Below are positions 11,501-20,903 of a stretch of 64,000 bases of DNA, piece by piece (within the stretch, counting starts at the first letter, position 1; each line of letters opens with the position of its first letter). The notes under the pieces are model-generated. The model did no database searches. It saw only the letters and a list, made by a program, of their open reading frames with translations, and had not been told where the DNA came from. Made by a program: the position numbers and the translations under genes. The DNA comes from Terriglobia bacterium (GTDB lineage Bacteria; Acidobacteriota; Polarisedimenticolia; Polarisedimenticolales; JAIQFR01): NCBI GenBank assembly GCA_963748015.1, contig CAVVHE010000006.1:64001-128000 (forward strand), given 5' to 3'.

Positions 11501-12523
11501 GTCCACGGTCACCACGGCGCCGGGGTCGATCGTCAGCGTGACCGCGGTCGCGTTTCCCACCTCGACGTTGCCGGTCAGGTGCCACGGGCCGAGCGTCGTG
11601 GGCCAGGTGGCGTTCTTGCGGAGCCGGCCGGCGATCAGCGTCGCCTCGGCTCCCCCGACCGAGGTGATCGAGGTCACGCTCGAGGCGAAGCCGCCGGCGT
11701 CGTTGGGAGCGAGCTGCGAGGGCGTCTGCCCCCAGTCGACGAGCGTCGTGCTCGACCAGGTCAAGTTTGGGCTGTCGTCGTTGTAGCGCAGCGAGGACAA
11801 CGTGCACCCGGAGATCGTCCCGGTGACGGCCCCCTGGACGTAGAAGTCGTTGGTCGCGTTCGCCGACATCGTGACGTTCGAGAGCGAGGGGGTACCCCCC
11901 TCGATGCGGACGCCGTACGTGGCGTTGCCGCTCACGGTAGAGTTAGACAGGGAAACCGTGCCGTTCATCAGGCGCACGCCGTGGCCGACCGAGCTCTGCA
12001 CCGTCAAGTTGTCGAGCGCGATCGCGACCGCGGCGGCGGGGTTCGCGGTCAGGTTCGCCCCGAGCCCGCCGCTCTTCCCGGCGTACCGGATCGACGCGTT
12101 CTTGATCGTCGAGGCCTTGGCGGTCGGGTAGAAGTCGATCCCGTACCAGTCGCCGGCGGCGGGGGACGCCGCGTTCGAGGTGAAGACGATCGGGGCGCCG
12201 GCCGAGGCGTCGGCCTGCAGCGCGCCGGGGCCGAGATTGCCGAAGTAGAGACGCCCCGTGTTCGCGCTGGTCGTGCCCGGCGTGAAGCGAACCTCGACCC
12301 CGGGCTCGATCGTCAGGGTGGCGGTCGTCGAGGTCGTGCTCGCGAACTCGACGGGTCCAGGGACGATGTAGGGCGACCCGGCGATCGTCCAGGTCTCGCT
12401 GGCGGCGTGGCGCCCCGTCGTCACCGTGGTCGATGCCCGCGGCGGGGCTCCGAGCGCCGAAACGAGCGCGAGCCCGAGCAGGGCGATCCTGAAGGAGCCG
12501 GACCAGCGGTGAGCGGAACCCAT
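2560..12523 (-). CDS. Giant secreted protein (~3,320 aa reconstructed): signal peptide, right-handed beta-helix repeats, Ig-like domain, FG-GAP repeats, Pro/Gly linker, thrombospondin type-3 repeats, C-terminal beta domains; frameshifted as assembled (ORFs 5396..12523 and 2560..5889)
   Basis: Hydrophobic N-terminus; repeated LTIDPG..VRF/DWYGI motifs; GDLNGDGIDDLVSGAP-type FG-GAP repeats continue across a +1 shift near 5494; five DNCP TSP3 motifs; compensating shifts near 5941 and 5835. Confidence 0.88.
8940..11633 (-). repeat. Intragenic tandem repeat, 831-bp (277-aa) period, about three near-identical copies plus diverged flanks
   Basis: ATCACGTTGACCGACGG recurs at 9141, 9972 and 10803 (spacing 831); the protein repeats RNGWYGIWFY..ARASTLR.VVVQHGGY three times. 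Confidence 0.93.
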
Positions 12524-12637
12524 CGGAACCTCCCCGCTCTCGGCGCCAACGACCCGTGTCCGGCCCCCGGGGCCGGACAGGTCGCCGCGCCGGGGAGCGC
12601 TTGCGTCACTGGATTTCGAAATGCCCGGAACCGGAGG

Positions 12638-12653
12638 AGCAAGGCGCGTGCCG
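12638..12653 (-). promoter_or_regulatory. Sigma54 (-24/-12) promoter for the giant secreted protein
   Basis: Minus strand reads CGGCACGCGCCTTGCT versus consensus TGGCAC-N5-TTGCW; exact GG-N10-GC spacing; ~115 bp upstream of ATG 12523. Confidence 0.75.
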
Positions 12654-12784
12654 CGGGTGGAGGCGGTCGTTTCCGGAGAATCGGGCAGGGCGAACTCTCC
12701 GATCCGACAGGAGGCTATTCGTTTCGAGAGAGAATCCGTCCCCGGCCGCCGTCACTCGAGCCGCGGAGGGGGACGGCGGCGCGG

Positions 12785-13723
12785 TCACGGACCCGGGTCG
12801 CGAGCGTTGCGGGGAGCCGTCGGAGGCGGGCTCCCACCGCGGAGCGCGAGCACGCGGTCGGGGTAGTCCGAGATGATTCCGTCCACTCCCCACTCGACCA
12901 TGCGCCGGATGTCGGCCGGCTCGTTGACAGTCCAGGGGATCACCTTGACGCCGCGCGCGCGCATCCGGCGCACGTCGTCCCGCCGCAGATCCGTGAACCT
13001 CGGAGAGAGGATGGTCGCCGCGCTCGACTCGAGCAGCGCGTCGTAGCTTTCCCGATCTCGCACGAGGATCGCCCGCGCGATTCCCGGGGCGAGCTCGCGC
13101 ACCGCCCTCAGCGCCGCCGGGTCGAACGACTGCACGATCGCGCGGCCTTCCATGCCGTGTCGGCGCAGGGCGGCGACGACCAGCTCGGCGAAGGACCCGA
13201 GGGGGATGGCCTGCCTGGGCGAGCCGGCCTTCATCTCGACGCTGACCCGAACCGGGTAGGGCGCGGCCCGTGCGAGATCCAGGACCTCGTCGAGGGTCGG
13301 GATCCGCGCGCCGGGGACGGGCCGCTGCTCGGGAAAGTCCTTTCGAGGGACCGAGCCGCAATCGATCCCTTCGAGATCGGCGAGCCGCAGCTGGTCGAAC
13401 GGGGCGTCGGGGACCTTCCCTCCGCCTTCCCGCCGGCAGTACGCGGGATCGAGGCCCGGGTCGTGGGCCACGATCACCACGCGATCCTGGGTGAGCTGCA
13501 GGTCCATCTCCAGGGTCGTGACTCCGAGCTCGAGCGCACGCCGGAACGCGGGCAGGGTGTTCTCCGGCAGCAGGCCCCGGCAGCCGCGGTGGCCCTGCAC
13601 GTCGAGCGTCGGCAAGCTCGCGCCGCCGGCGACGCAGGTGAACGCGAGCACGGCCGCCGTGACCCACGCCGGCGGGGCCGGCGATGCGCGCGGCGCTCTC
13701 TTGCGTCCGTCCCGGCGCTTCAT
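12785..13723 (-). CDS. Glycerophosphodiester phosphodiesterase (GDPD family), secreted
   Basis: GHRGCRGLLPENTLPAF, EMDLQLT..VAHD, WTVN, GVDGIISDYP; GGAGGA RBS before ATG 13723. Confidence 0.92.
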   Translation of the reverse strand: MKRRDGRKRAPRASPAPPAWVTAAVLAFTCVAGGASLPTLDVQGHRGCRGLLPENTLPAFRRALELGVTTLEMDLQLTQDRVVIVAHDPGLDPAYCRREGGGKVPDAPFDQLRLADLEGIDCGSVPRKDFPEQRPVPGARIPTLDEVLDLARAAPYPVRVSVEMKAGSPRQAIPLGSFAELVVAALRRHGMEGRAIVQSFDPAALRAVRELAPGIARAILVRDRESYDALLESSAATILSPRFTDLRRDDVRRMRARGVKVIPWTVNEPADIRRMVEWGVDGIISDYPDRVLALRGGSPPPTAPRNARDPGP

Positions 13724-13947
13724 CGCTTCCTCCGGAGCGGAAGAGGGCAGTGGACGCGGATCGTACACCCCTTCTCGAAGCGGCCGCCCGGACGACGCGG
13801 GTGACGACCTCGCATGGAGCGTCGGGTGAGCCGTATCCATCTGGACGAGGGGAGGCGTCACCGGCGCAGGCGACAAAAGAGGTGCATAATCTCCCGTGGG
13901 GGCCGTTCACGAAACGACAACATCCGACCGCAAAGGGAGGAACTGCG

Positions 13948-15586
13948 ATGACCCCCACGGAGAAAGCGGCCCCGCTCCGATTCGATCCCCCCGGTCCCGG
14001 CTTCTGGGAGCTCGACCCCGTTCACTTCCCGCGCCCGGCAACGCGATACTGGATGGAGGTCCATCCCGAAGCGTTCAAGCGCGGCACGCGCGAGTTCGCC
14101 GGCTCCTACGGCATGCTGATCGACTCGCTCGAAGATGGCGTACGTCAACGGCTTCGCGTTCAGGCGCGTGAGTCCGGCCCCGGAAGACGAGATCCCCGGG
14201 CGCTTCCAGCGCGCGGACGAGGTCTACCGGCGGAAGTACTGGCGGGAGCAGCTTCGCGACTGGAACGAGAAGTTCAAGCCGACCGCGATCGAGGCTCACC
14301 GGGAGCTGCAATCGGTCGACCCCGACGGGCTCTCGGACGACGACCTCGCCGCGCATCTGAAGCGCTGCCGCGATCACCATGCGGAGATGCTCTTTCAGCA
14401 CATGCGCTTCACGGCGGCGGCGATCGTCCCGACGGGGGACTTCCTCGCGCACGTCGGCGACTGGACCGGCCTCCCTCCGTCCGAGTTGCTAGGCCTCATG
14501 CGCGGCACGTCGCCCGTGTCGGCGGGGGCGTCCGCGGAGCTCGGGGCGCTGATCGCCGCGATACGGAAGGACTCGCGAGCGCAGAAGCTGCTCGAGTCGG
14601 AAGAGGATCCCGGTCGCATGCTCGAGGCGCTGCGCGCGCTCGATCGCGGCACCGGCGCCGCCGTGTCCGCGTACCTCGACCTCGTCGGGTACCGACTGCT
14701 CGACGGCTTCGACATCTCGAACCCCTGCGCGCTCGAGCTGCCGGACGTGCTGCGCCGGGCCATTCGAGCCGCCGTCGCCGAGACGGGCACCGCCGCGTCG
14801 GACATCGAGGGCCGGATCGCGGACGTTCGCGGGAAGGTGCCCGCGCAGCATCGGGCCGAGTTCGACCAGCTGCTCGAGGAGGCTCGGCTCACCTATCCGA
14901 TCCGCGACGAGCGCGGGGTCTTCAGCGACATCTGGGCCTCCGGGCTCATGCGGCGGGCGGCGCTCGCGGGCGGCCGCCGGCTCGCCGGCAAGGGGCGGAT
15001 CCACGATGCCGCTCACTTCGTCGACGCTGGCCTCGAGGAGATGCGCGCGCTGCTGTCCGGCTCGGGCGGACCCTCCGCGGACGAACTCGCGAAGCGGTGG
15101 AATTACCGCGCGTCGCACAGCTCCAAGGAAGCGCCGCCGGTGCTGGGCCCGCCGCCTCCTCGGCCGGACCTGTCCGGGTTGCCGCCCTCCGCCGCGCGCT
15201 TGATGCGCGCGACCGGAATCGCCCTGAACGCGCTGTTCGGCAGCTCCGAGGCGCCGCACGAGGCGCACATGCTGCGCGGGCTGTCGGCGAGCCGGGGCGT
15301 TTACGAAGGGCCGGCGCGCCGGGTCTCCCATCCCTCGGAGTTCGACCGGATCGTCCGGGGCGACGTCCTCGTCACCGAATCGACGACCGAAGCGTTCAAC
15401 ATCCTCCTGCCGTTGCTCGGGGCGATCGTCACGGACAGCGGCGGCCTGCTCTCCCACTCCGCGATCGTCGCGCGCGAGTACGGGATTCCGGGCGTCGTCG
15501 GCACGCGCGAGGCGACCGAGCGCATCGCCGACGGGGCCCGGGTGCGCGTCGACGGGGATGCCGGCGAGGTCACGGTGCTCGGATGA
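13948..15586 (+). CDS. PEP-utilising-enzyme-like protein (substrate-binding region + phospho-His swivel domain); +1 frameshift near 14132
   Basis: GGGAGG RBS then MTPTEKAA...WELDPVHFPRP; reading continues in ORF 14135..15586; C-terminal GGLLSHSAIVAREYGIPGVVG phosphohistidine motif. Confidence 0.88.
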
Positions 15587-16401
15587 AGGGAGTCGTTCCG
15601 CTCGAGAAAGCGCTCGACGAGACGCTCTTCGGATCGAAGGCGGTCGGGCTCGGTCAGGCGATCCGGGACGGTCTTCCGGTCCCGCCCGGAGTCGCGCTCT
15701 CCGGCTCGATCGTCGAGGCCGTCGCAGCCGGGGAGCGAGCCGCGATCAAGGAAGTCGCCAGGTGGGTCAAGCCGCTCGGCGGCCCCCTCGCCGTCCGCTC
15801 GTCCGCCGCGGACGAGGACGGCGCCGCGGCGAGCTTCGCCGGCCAGCACCTGACCTTGCTCAACGTTCCGTCCGCCGAGGAGCTCGGCTCGGCGTTGAAC
15901 CGGATCTGGTGGTCGGCGAACTCGGACTCGGCGATCACGTACCGGCAGCGCGTCGGCCTCTTCACCCGCCCGAGCGTCGGCGTCGTCGTCCAAGCGCTCC
16001 TCGATCCCGATACCGCGGGGGTCATGTTCACCAGGAATCCCGTCACCGGGGCCGACGAGCGGGTGATCGAGGCGAGCTGGGGCCTCGGCGAGGCGGTCGT
16101 CGCGGGGATCGTGATTCCCGACCACTACCGCGTCGACCGCTCGGGCCAGGTGCTCGAGCGGAAGCCGGGACTCAAGCGGGTCGCGGTCCGCGGCGTTCCC
16201 GGCGGGGGCACGGTCGAGGAGACGGTCCCACCAGACCGCGTCGAGCGACTGTGCCTCGACGACGATCAGCTCCTCGAGCTGAACCGGCTGGCGGGCCGGT
16301 GCGAGGAGGTTTACGGTCCCGGCCGAGACGTCGAGTGGGCGATCGCGGGCGGGACCCTCTATCTGCTTCAGTGCAGGGCGATCACGAAGTCAGGGCGCTG
16401 A
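15583..16401 (+). CDS. PEP/pyruvate-binding (PPDK N-terminal, ATP-grasp) domain protein
   Basis: ATGA overlap with the upstream gene; FGSKA, GLPVPPG, LAVRSSA..ED..SFAGQH, GLGEAVV, DVEWA, LLQCRAIT. Confidence 0.92.
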   Translation: MKGVVPLEKALDETLFGSKAVGLGQAIRDGLPVPPGVALSGSIVEAVAAGERAAIKEVARWVKPLGGPLAVRSSAADEDGAAASFAGQHLTLLNVPSAEELGSALNRIWWSANSDSAITYRQRVGLFTRPSVGVVVQALLDPDTAGVMFTRNPVTGADERVIEASWGLGEAVVAGIVIPDHYRVDRSGQVLERKPGLKRVAVRGVPGGGTVEETVPPDRVERLCLDDDQLLELNRLAGRCEEVYGPGRDVEWAIAGGTLYLLQCRAITKSGR

Positions 16402-16467
16402 GGCGCGCGCTCACCGTGGACGACGGCGGCGCCCCACGGCGCATGCCGCGAGGGAGGATCGATCTTC

Positions 16468-16878
16468 ATGAGAGGCGCCCCCGTCAAGGTCCTGCAGCGC
16501 GTTCCGCTCTTCGCGGACCTGTCCAAGCGCGAGGTCCAGCAGATCGCGCGCCTGTTCAAGCTGCGTCGCTTCTCCGAAGGCGAGACGGTCGTCCATGAGG
16601 GCTCGGGCGGGGCCGCCTTCTTCGTGATCGAGTCCGGGGAGGCCGAGGTCGTCATCCGCGGCAAGAAGCGCGCGACGCTGAAGGAGGACGACTACTTCGG
16701 CGAGATCGCCCTGATCGACGAGGGCACGCGCATGGCGACGATCGTCGCTTCCAGCGAGCTCGTCTGTTACGGCCTCACCTACTGGGACTTCCGCCCGCTC
16801 GTGGTGGCGAACGGCCTGATCGGCTGGAAGCTGCTGCAGCGGATGGCGAAGATGCTTCGCGCCGCCCGGGAAGACTAG
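16468..16878 (+). CDS. Stand-alone cyclic-nucleotide-binding domain protein
   Basis: VPLFADL, FFVIESGEAEV, YFGEIALIDEGTRMATI phosphate-binding cassette; no HTH; GGAGG RBS. Confidence 0.9.
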   Translation: MRGAPVKVLQRVPLFADLSKREVQQIARLFKLRRFSEGETVVHEGSGGAAFFVIESGEAEVVIRGKKRATLKEDDYFGEIALIDEGTRMATIVASSELVCYGLTYWDFRPLVVANGLIGWKLLQRMAKMLRAARED

Positions 16879-17109
16879 CCTCGGCGAGGCGGCGAAACGT
16901 CTTCTCGCCGCGCCTCCTGCGGCCCCTTCAAGTCCCTTTCCCACGGGGGAGTCGCGGTTCGAGCCCCGCCGCAGACACCTGCGCCGCTCGCCGCGAGATC
17001 GTGCGATGATCGCGACGCAGGGGCCCCTGCGCCCGGATGGCGGATTGCATCGAAAGCCGGCTCCCCGGATGATGGGTGCCGGGGGCGCGCGCGTTCGGCG
17101 AGGTTCGGG

Positions 17110-18828
17110 ATGGCTCAGCTCCGCTTCGGGCCGGTCCTCTCGCGGCGGCCCGCGTTCGGGATCGGCGACGCGCTCATCCTCGCGGGGATCGCGGCCCTGC
17201 TCTATGCGGGCGCGCGTCTCGCGTTCTTCGCCCCCCGCGCCATCGCGGGGCCCGAGATCTCCACCTCGCCGAGGGCCCTGCCGTGGTACGCCCTCCTCTC
17301 CGTGGGCCGGATGGCGATCGCCTACGCGCTGTCCCTGGGATTCAGCCTGGCGTACGGGTACGCCGCCGCGCGAAACGCCTCGGCGAGGAAGCTCCTGATG
17401 CCGCTCCTGGACGTCCTCCAGAGCGTGCCGATCCTCTCGTTCCTCCCCGTCGTGCTCCTCGGTCTCGGCGCGGTGCTGCCCCAGAAGCTCGCCGCCGAGA
17501 TCGCCGCGGTGGTCCTGATCTTCACCTCGCAGGCCTGGAACATGACGTTCTCGTTCTACCAGTCCCTCTCCACGATTCCCGACGAGCTTCGCGAGGCGGC
17601 GGCGATCTTCCGTTTCTCCCCCTGGATGCGCCTTCGCGTGGTCGAGCTCCCTTTCGCGGCGATCGGGCTGATCTGGAACAGCGTGATGAGCTGGGCGGGA
17701 GGGTGGTTCTTCCTCATGGCGTCGGAGATCTTCAAGGTCGGGCGCCGCGACTTCCGCCTTCCGGGGCTGGGCTCCTACCTGCAGACCGCGGCCTCGCAGG
17801 GGGACATCCGCGCGGTGGCGCTCGGGGTTCTCGTCCTCGTCGTGATCGTGGTCTCCCTCGACCAGCTTGTCTGGCGGCCGCTCCTCGCGTGGGCCAACAA
17901 GTTCAAGATCGAGACGGTGGAGGGGGAGCAGCCGCCGACCTCGTGGTTCCTGAACGCCATGGGCGGCTCGTGGCTGGCGGCCCGATTCCGCTCCGGCGTC
18001 GTCGTGCCGCTTCGCGAGCGGGCCGACCGGCTGTTCGCGTCGACGCCCGCGAGCGAGGCGCCGTCGCGCTCGGACGGCGGACGATCGCGCTGGCCCGCGC
18101 GCGCCGCCGCCGTCCTGGCGATCGCCGCGATCGCCTACGGCGCCTTCTGGGCGGCTGCGATGCTCGCCTCGGTGCCCGCGGCCGCGTGGGGGCGCATCGG
18201 CGCCGGCGTCCTCGCGACCTTCGCGCGGGTGGCGGCTTCGTTGACGCTGGCGCTCGCCTGGACCCTGCCGGTGGGCTACGTCATCGGCACCCGGCCCCGC
18301 CTGGCGAGAGTGCTCCAGCCCGCCGCCCAGGTGCTCGCCGCGGTGCCGGCCACCGCGCTCTTCCCGGTGATCCTTCTGTTCATGATCCGGCTTCCCGCCG
18401 GCCTCAACCTGGCGGCGATCCTCCTCATGCTCATGGGCACGCAGTGGTACCTGCTCTTCAACATCATCGCCGGAGCGTCGGCGATTCCCAGGGATCTGCG
18501 GGACACCACGGACCTGCTTCGCCTGGGACGGGTGGCCCGGTGGCGGACGCTGGTCCTTCCCTCGCTGTTCCCGTTCATCGTCACCGGGGCGATCACGGCG
18601 GGGGGCGGCGCGTGGAACGCCAGCATCGTCGCCGAGTTCGTGGAGTTCGGCGGCAGGACCCACGCGACGTTCGGGGTCGGCTCGGCGATCGCCCTGGCGA
18701 CCGCCGAGGCCGACTACCCCGCGCTTCTCGCCGGAACGCTCGCCCTGGTGGGCACGGTGGTGCTGATCAACCGCCTGTTCTGGATGCGGCTCTACCGCCT
18801 CGCGGAAGAGCGCTACCGCATGGATTGA
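17110..18828 (+). CDS. NitT/TauT-family ABC transporter permease (duplicated permease domain)
   Basis: LDVLQSVPILSF, QAWNMTFSFYQS, SWAGGWFFL, GTQWYLLFN, GGAWNASIVAE; many TM helices. Confidence 0.92.
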   Translation: MAQLRFGPVLSRRPAFGIGDALILAGIAALLYAGARLAFFAPRAIAGPEISTSPRALPWYALLSVGRMAIAYALSLGFSLAYGYAAARNASARKLLMPLLDVLQSVPILSFLPVVLLGLGAVLPQKLAAEIAAVVLIFTSQAWNMTFSFYQSLSTIPDELREAAAIFRFSPWMRLRVVELPFAAIGLIWNSVMSWAGGWFFLMASEIFKVGRRDFRLPGLGSYLQTAASQGDIRAVALGVLVLVVIVVSLDQLVWRPLLAWANKFKIETVEGEQPPTSWFLNAMGGSWLAARFRSGVVVPLRERADRLFASTPASEAPSRSDGGRSRWPARAAAVLAIAAIAYGAFWAAAMLASVPAAAWGRIGAGVLATFARVAASLTLALAWTLPVGYVIGTRPRLARVLQPAAQVLAAVPATALFPVILLFMIRLPAGLNLAAILLMLMGTQWYLLFNIIAGASAIPRDLRDTTDLLRLGRVARWRTLVLPSLFPFIVTGAITAGGGAWNASIVAEFVEFGGRTHATFGVGSAIALATAEADYPALLAGTLALVGTVVLINRLFWMRLYRLAEERYRMD

Positions 18829-18838
18829 GGGAGACGCC

Positions 18839-20101
18839 GTGAGCGAGACCGCCCTTCTCACCGTCGACCGGGTCACGAAGACCTACGGCCGCGAGCCCAA
18901 GGTGTTCACCGCCGTCGCCGACGTCACCCTCGAGATCGAGCCCGGGCAGTTCGTGTGCCTGCTCGGGCCGTCGGGCTGCGGCAAGTCGTCGCTGCTGCGC
19001 ATCATCGCGGGCCTGAGTCCGGCCACCGAGGGGCGCGTCCTCTACCGCGGCGCGCCGCTCGCCGGCGTGAACCCCCACGCGACCATCGTCTTCCAGACGT
19101 TCGCGCTCTACCCGTGGCTCACCGTGCAGGACAACGTCGAGGTGGCCCTGCGTGCCCGGGGCGTTCCGACCGCCGACCGCCGCGTCCGGGCGCTGCGGCT
19201 GCTCGACACCGTGGGGCTCGACGGCTTCGAGTCGGCGTATCCGCGGGAGCTGTCCGGCGGCATGCGCCAGAAGGTCGGCTTCGCGCGGGCCATGGCCGTC
19301 GAGCCCGAGCTGCTGTGCCTCGACGAGCCCTTCTCGGCCCTCGACGTGCTGTCCGCCGAGGCGCTGCGCGGCGAGCTCCTCGAGCTGTGGTCGAGCCGTG
19401 CCATCCCCACGAAGGCCATCCTCATGGTGACGCACAACATCGAGGAGGCGGTGCTGATGGCGGACCGCATCGTCGTCATGGGCAAGGACCCGGGCCGGAT
19501 CCTCACGGAGATCCCCGTGAGCCTCCGGCACCCCCGCCATCGCAAGGACACCGCGTTCCAGGCGCTGGTGGACACCGTCTACGCCGCCGTCGCCGGGAAG
19601 ACCCGCCCCGACGCCGACGTCCAGCGGCAGCCCGGACGCCGCCTGCCGCGGGCGCGCCCCAACGCGCTCGCGGGCCTCGTGGAGAAGCTCGCGGCCGAGG
19701 ACGGCCGCGCCGACCTCTACCGGCTCTCCGCGGAGCTGTCCCTCGAGATCGACGACCTCCTGCCGGTCGTGGAGGTGGGGGAGCTGCTCGGGATGCTCGC
19801 GGTCGCCGAGGGCGACCTGCTGCTCTCCGATCTGGGCAAGACGTACGCCGAGGCGAGCATCCTGGCCCGCAAGGAGCTGATCGCGGGGCGCGTGCTGCGC
19901 ATCCCGGTCGTGAACCGGGTCTACGAGGCGCTGCAGCAGGACGACAACCACCGCATCGACCGCACCTACTTCCTGGGCCTTCTTCGCGACGAGTACGGCG
20001 AGCAGGCCGAGGCCGAGCTCGAAACGATCATCGCCTGGGGGCGCTTCGCGGAGTTGTTCTCGTTCGACCAGGCGACCGGCGAGCTGTACCTCGAGTCCTG
20101 A
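18839..20101 (+). CDS. NitT/TauT ABC transporter ATP-binding protein with C-terminal AAA-associated domain
   Basis: GPSGCGKS, LSGGMRQ, DEPFSALD, VTHNIEEA; C-terminal WGRFAELF. Confidence 0.94.
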   Translation: MSETALLTVDRVTKTYGREPKVFTAVADVTLEIEPGQFVCLLGPSGCGKSSLLRIIAGLSPATEGRVLYRGAPLAGVNPHATIVFQTFALYPWLTVQDNVEVALRARGVPTADRRVRALRLLDTVGLDGFESAYPRELSGGMRQKVGFARAMAVEPELLCLDEPFSALDVLSAEALRGELLELWSSRAIPTKAILMVTHNIEEAVLMADRIVVMGKDPGRILTEIPVSLRHPRHRKDTAFQALVDTVYAAVAGKTRPDADVQRQPGRRLPRARPNALAGLVEKLAAEDGRADLYRLSAELSLEIDDLLPVVEVGELLGMLAVAEGDLLLSDLGKTYAEASILARKELIAGRVLRIPVVNRVYEALQQDDNHRIDRTYFLGLLRDEYGEQAEAELETIIAWGRFAELFSFDQATGELYLES

Positions 20102-20119
20102 AGCAGCGGTAAACCCGCT

Positions 20120-20734
20120 TCAGCACGCGAACGGCGCGTGTATTCCGGTGAGCGCATCGTAGAGCGCGGACGCCATGCGCTCGCAAGATTCGATCGCACG
20201 CTGCCCATCCTCCGGTCCCAGACGGTTCAGCTTCTCCGCCAACGCCTCCCGCTCGCCGTAGTCCCCGTCGTGAAGCACGAAGTACTCCCGGCAGGCGGCG
20301 GGGATCTCCGGGTAGAACTCGAGCAGCCCCTTCAGCTTGCTCCGAGCCGTACCCGGCTGCTGCGTCTCGAACGCGTAGAGCGCCCCCGCGGCCGTGGGCT
20401 CGGTCGAGAACAAGTCGCTCGACAGCGCGAGCAGCTCGGTCACTTCTCGCACGGACGGGGTGGACGCCGACTCCCCCAGCGTGCCGGCGAAGGTGTCCCG
20501 CCAGACCCGGGCGTGATGTTCCTCTTCACGCGCGTGGGCCGCGTCCCCGGCAGCGCGCCAACCCTCCGGAACGGCGGAGATGAACGCGCCGTACTCCCGC
20601 GCATAGACCCTGAGCGCGGAAACCGGGAGCCGTCCCTCGCTCCACGCGACGTAGAAGGGATGGTCCAGGAGTCGCTTCATCGCGACGCGGTCGTCGCACG
20701 CGCTCGACACGTTGTTCGCTGACGGCTCCGACAT
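20120..20734 (-). CDS. CADD/PqqC/TenA-like haem-oxygenase-fold diiron protein
   Basis: LLDHPFYVAWSEGRL, REEEHH, ALYAFETQQP, KLKGL, YFVLH; GAGGAG RBS before ATG 20734. Confidence 0.8.
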   Translation of the reverse strand: MSEPSANNVSSACDDRVAMKRLLDHPFYVAWSEGRLPVSALRVYAREYGAFISAVPEGWRAAGDAAHAREEEHHARVWRDTFAGTLGESASTPSVREVTELLALSSDLFSTEPTAAGALYAFETQQPGTARSKLKGLLEFYPEIPAACREYFVLHDGDYGEREALAEKLNRLGPEDGQRAIESCERMASALYDALTGIHAPFAC

Positions 20735-20807
20735 GGCTCGCTCCTCTTCTCCACGTGCCACTCGCCGCGCGCCGAGTGCCTCGACCGCTCCCGCGTCGCT
20801 CGCGAGG

Positions 20808-20832
20808 GAACGGGACTATTATAGTCAACAAT
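20808..20832 (-). promoter_or_regulatory. Palindromic operator GACT-N5-AGTC (Rrf2/IscR-like) overlapping a TATAAT -10 box
   Basis: GACTATTATAGTC palindrome at 20814-20826 in an AT-rich patch; minus strand contains an exact TATAAT. Confidence 0.6.
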
Positions 20833-20903
20833 TAGTGGGCTGCACGCCGCCGGCCGGGCGGGCGCGGCAGGCGGCTCTCGGCTCGCGTGTTAGACTCGTC
20901 GCA

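Noticed and set aside
8940..11633. Long repeats as CRISPR array, mobile element or DGR template
   Set aside because: In-frame 831-bp coding units; no spacers, cas genes, transposase or reverse transcriptase recognised
5183..13804. 2,873-aa plus-strand ORF
   Set aside because: Arg/Gly-rich antisense shadow of the giant gene and GDPD; stop-poor because of high GC; no motifs
13684..16401. 905-aa ORF as a single fused dikinase
   Set aside because: Its middle is out-of-frame nonsense; it merges the pre-frameshift start of one gene with the separate gene starting at 15583
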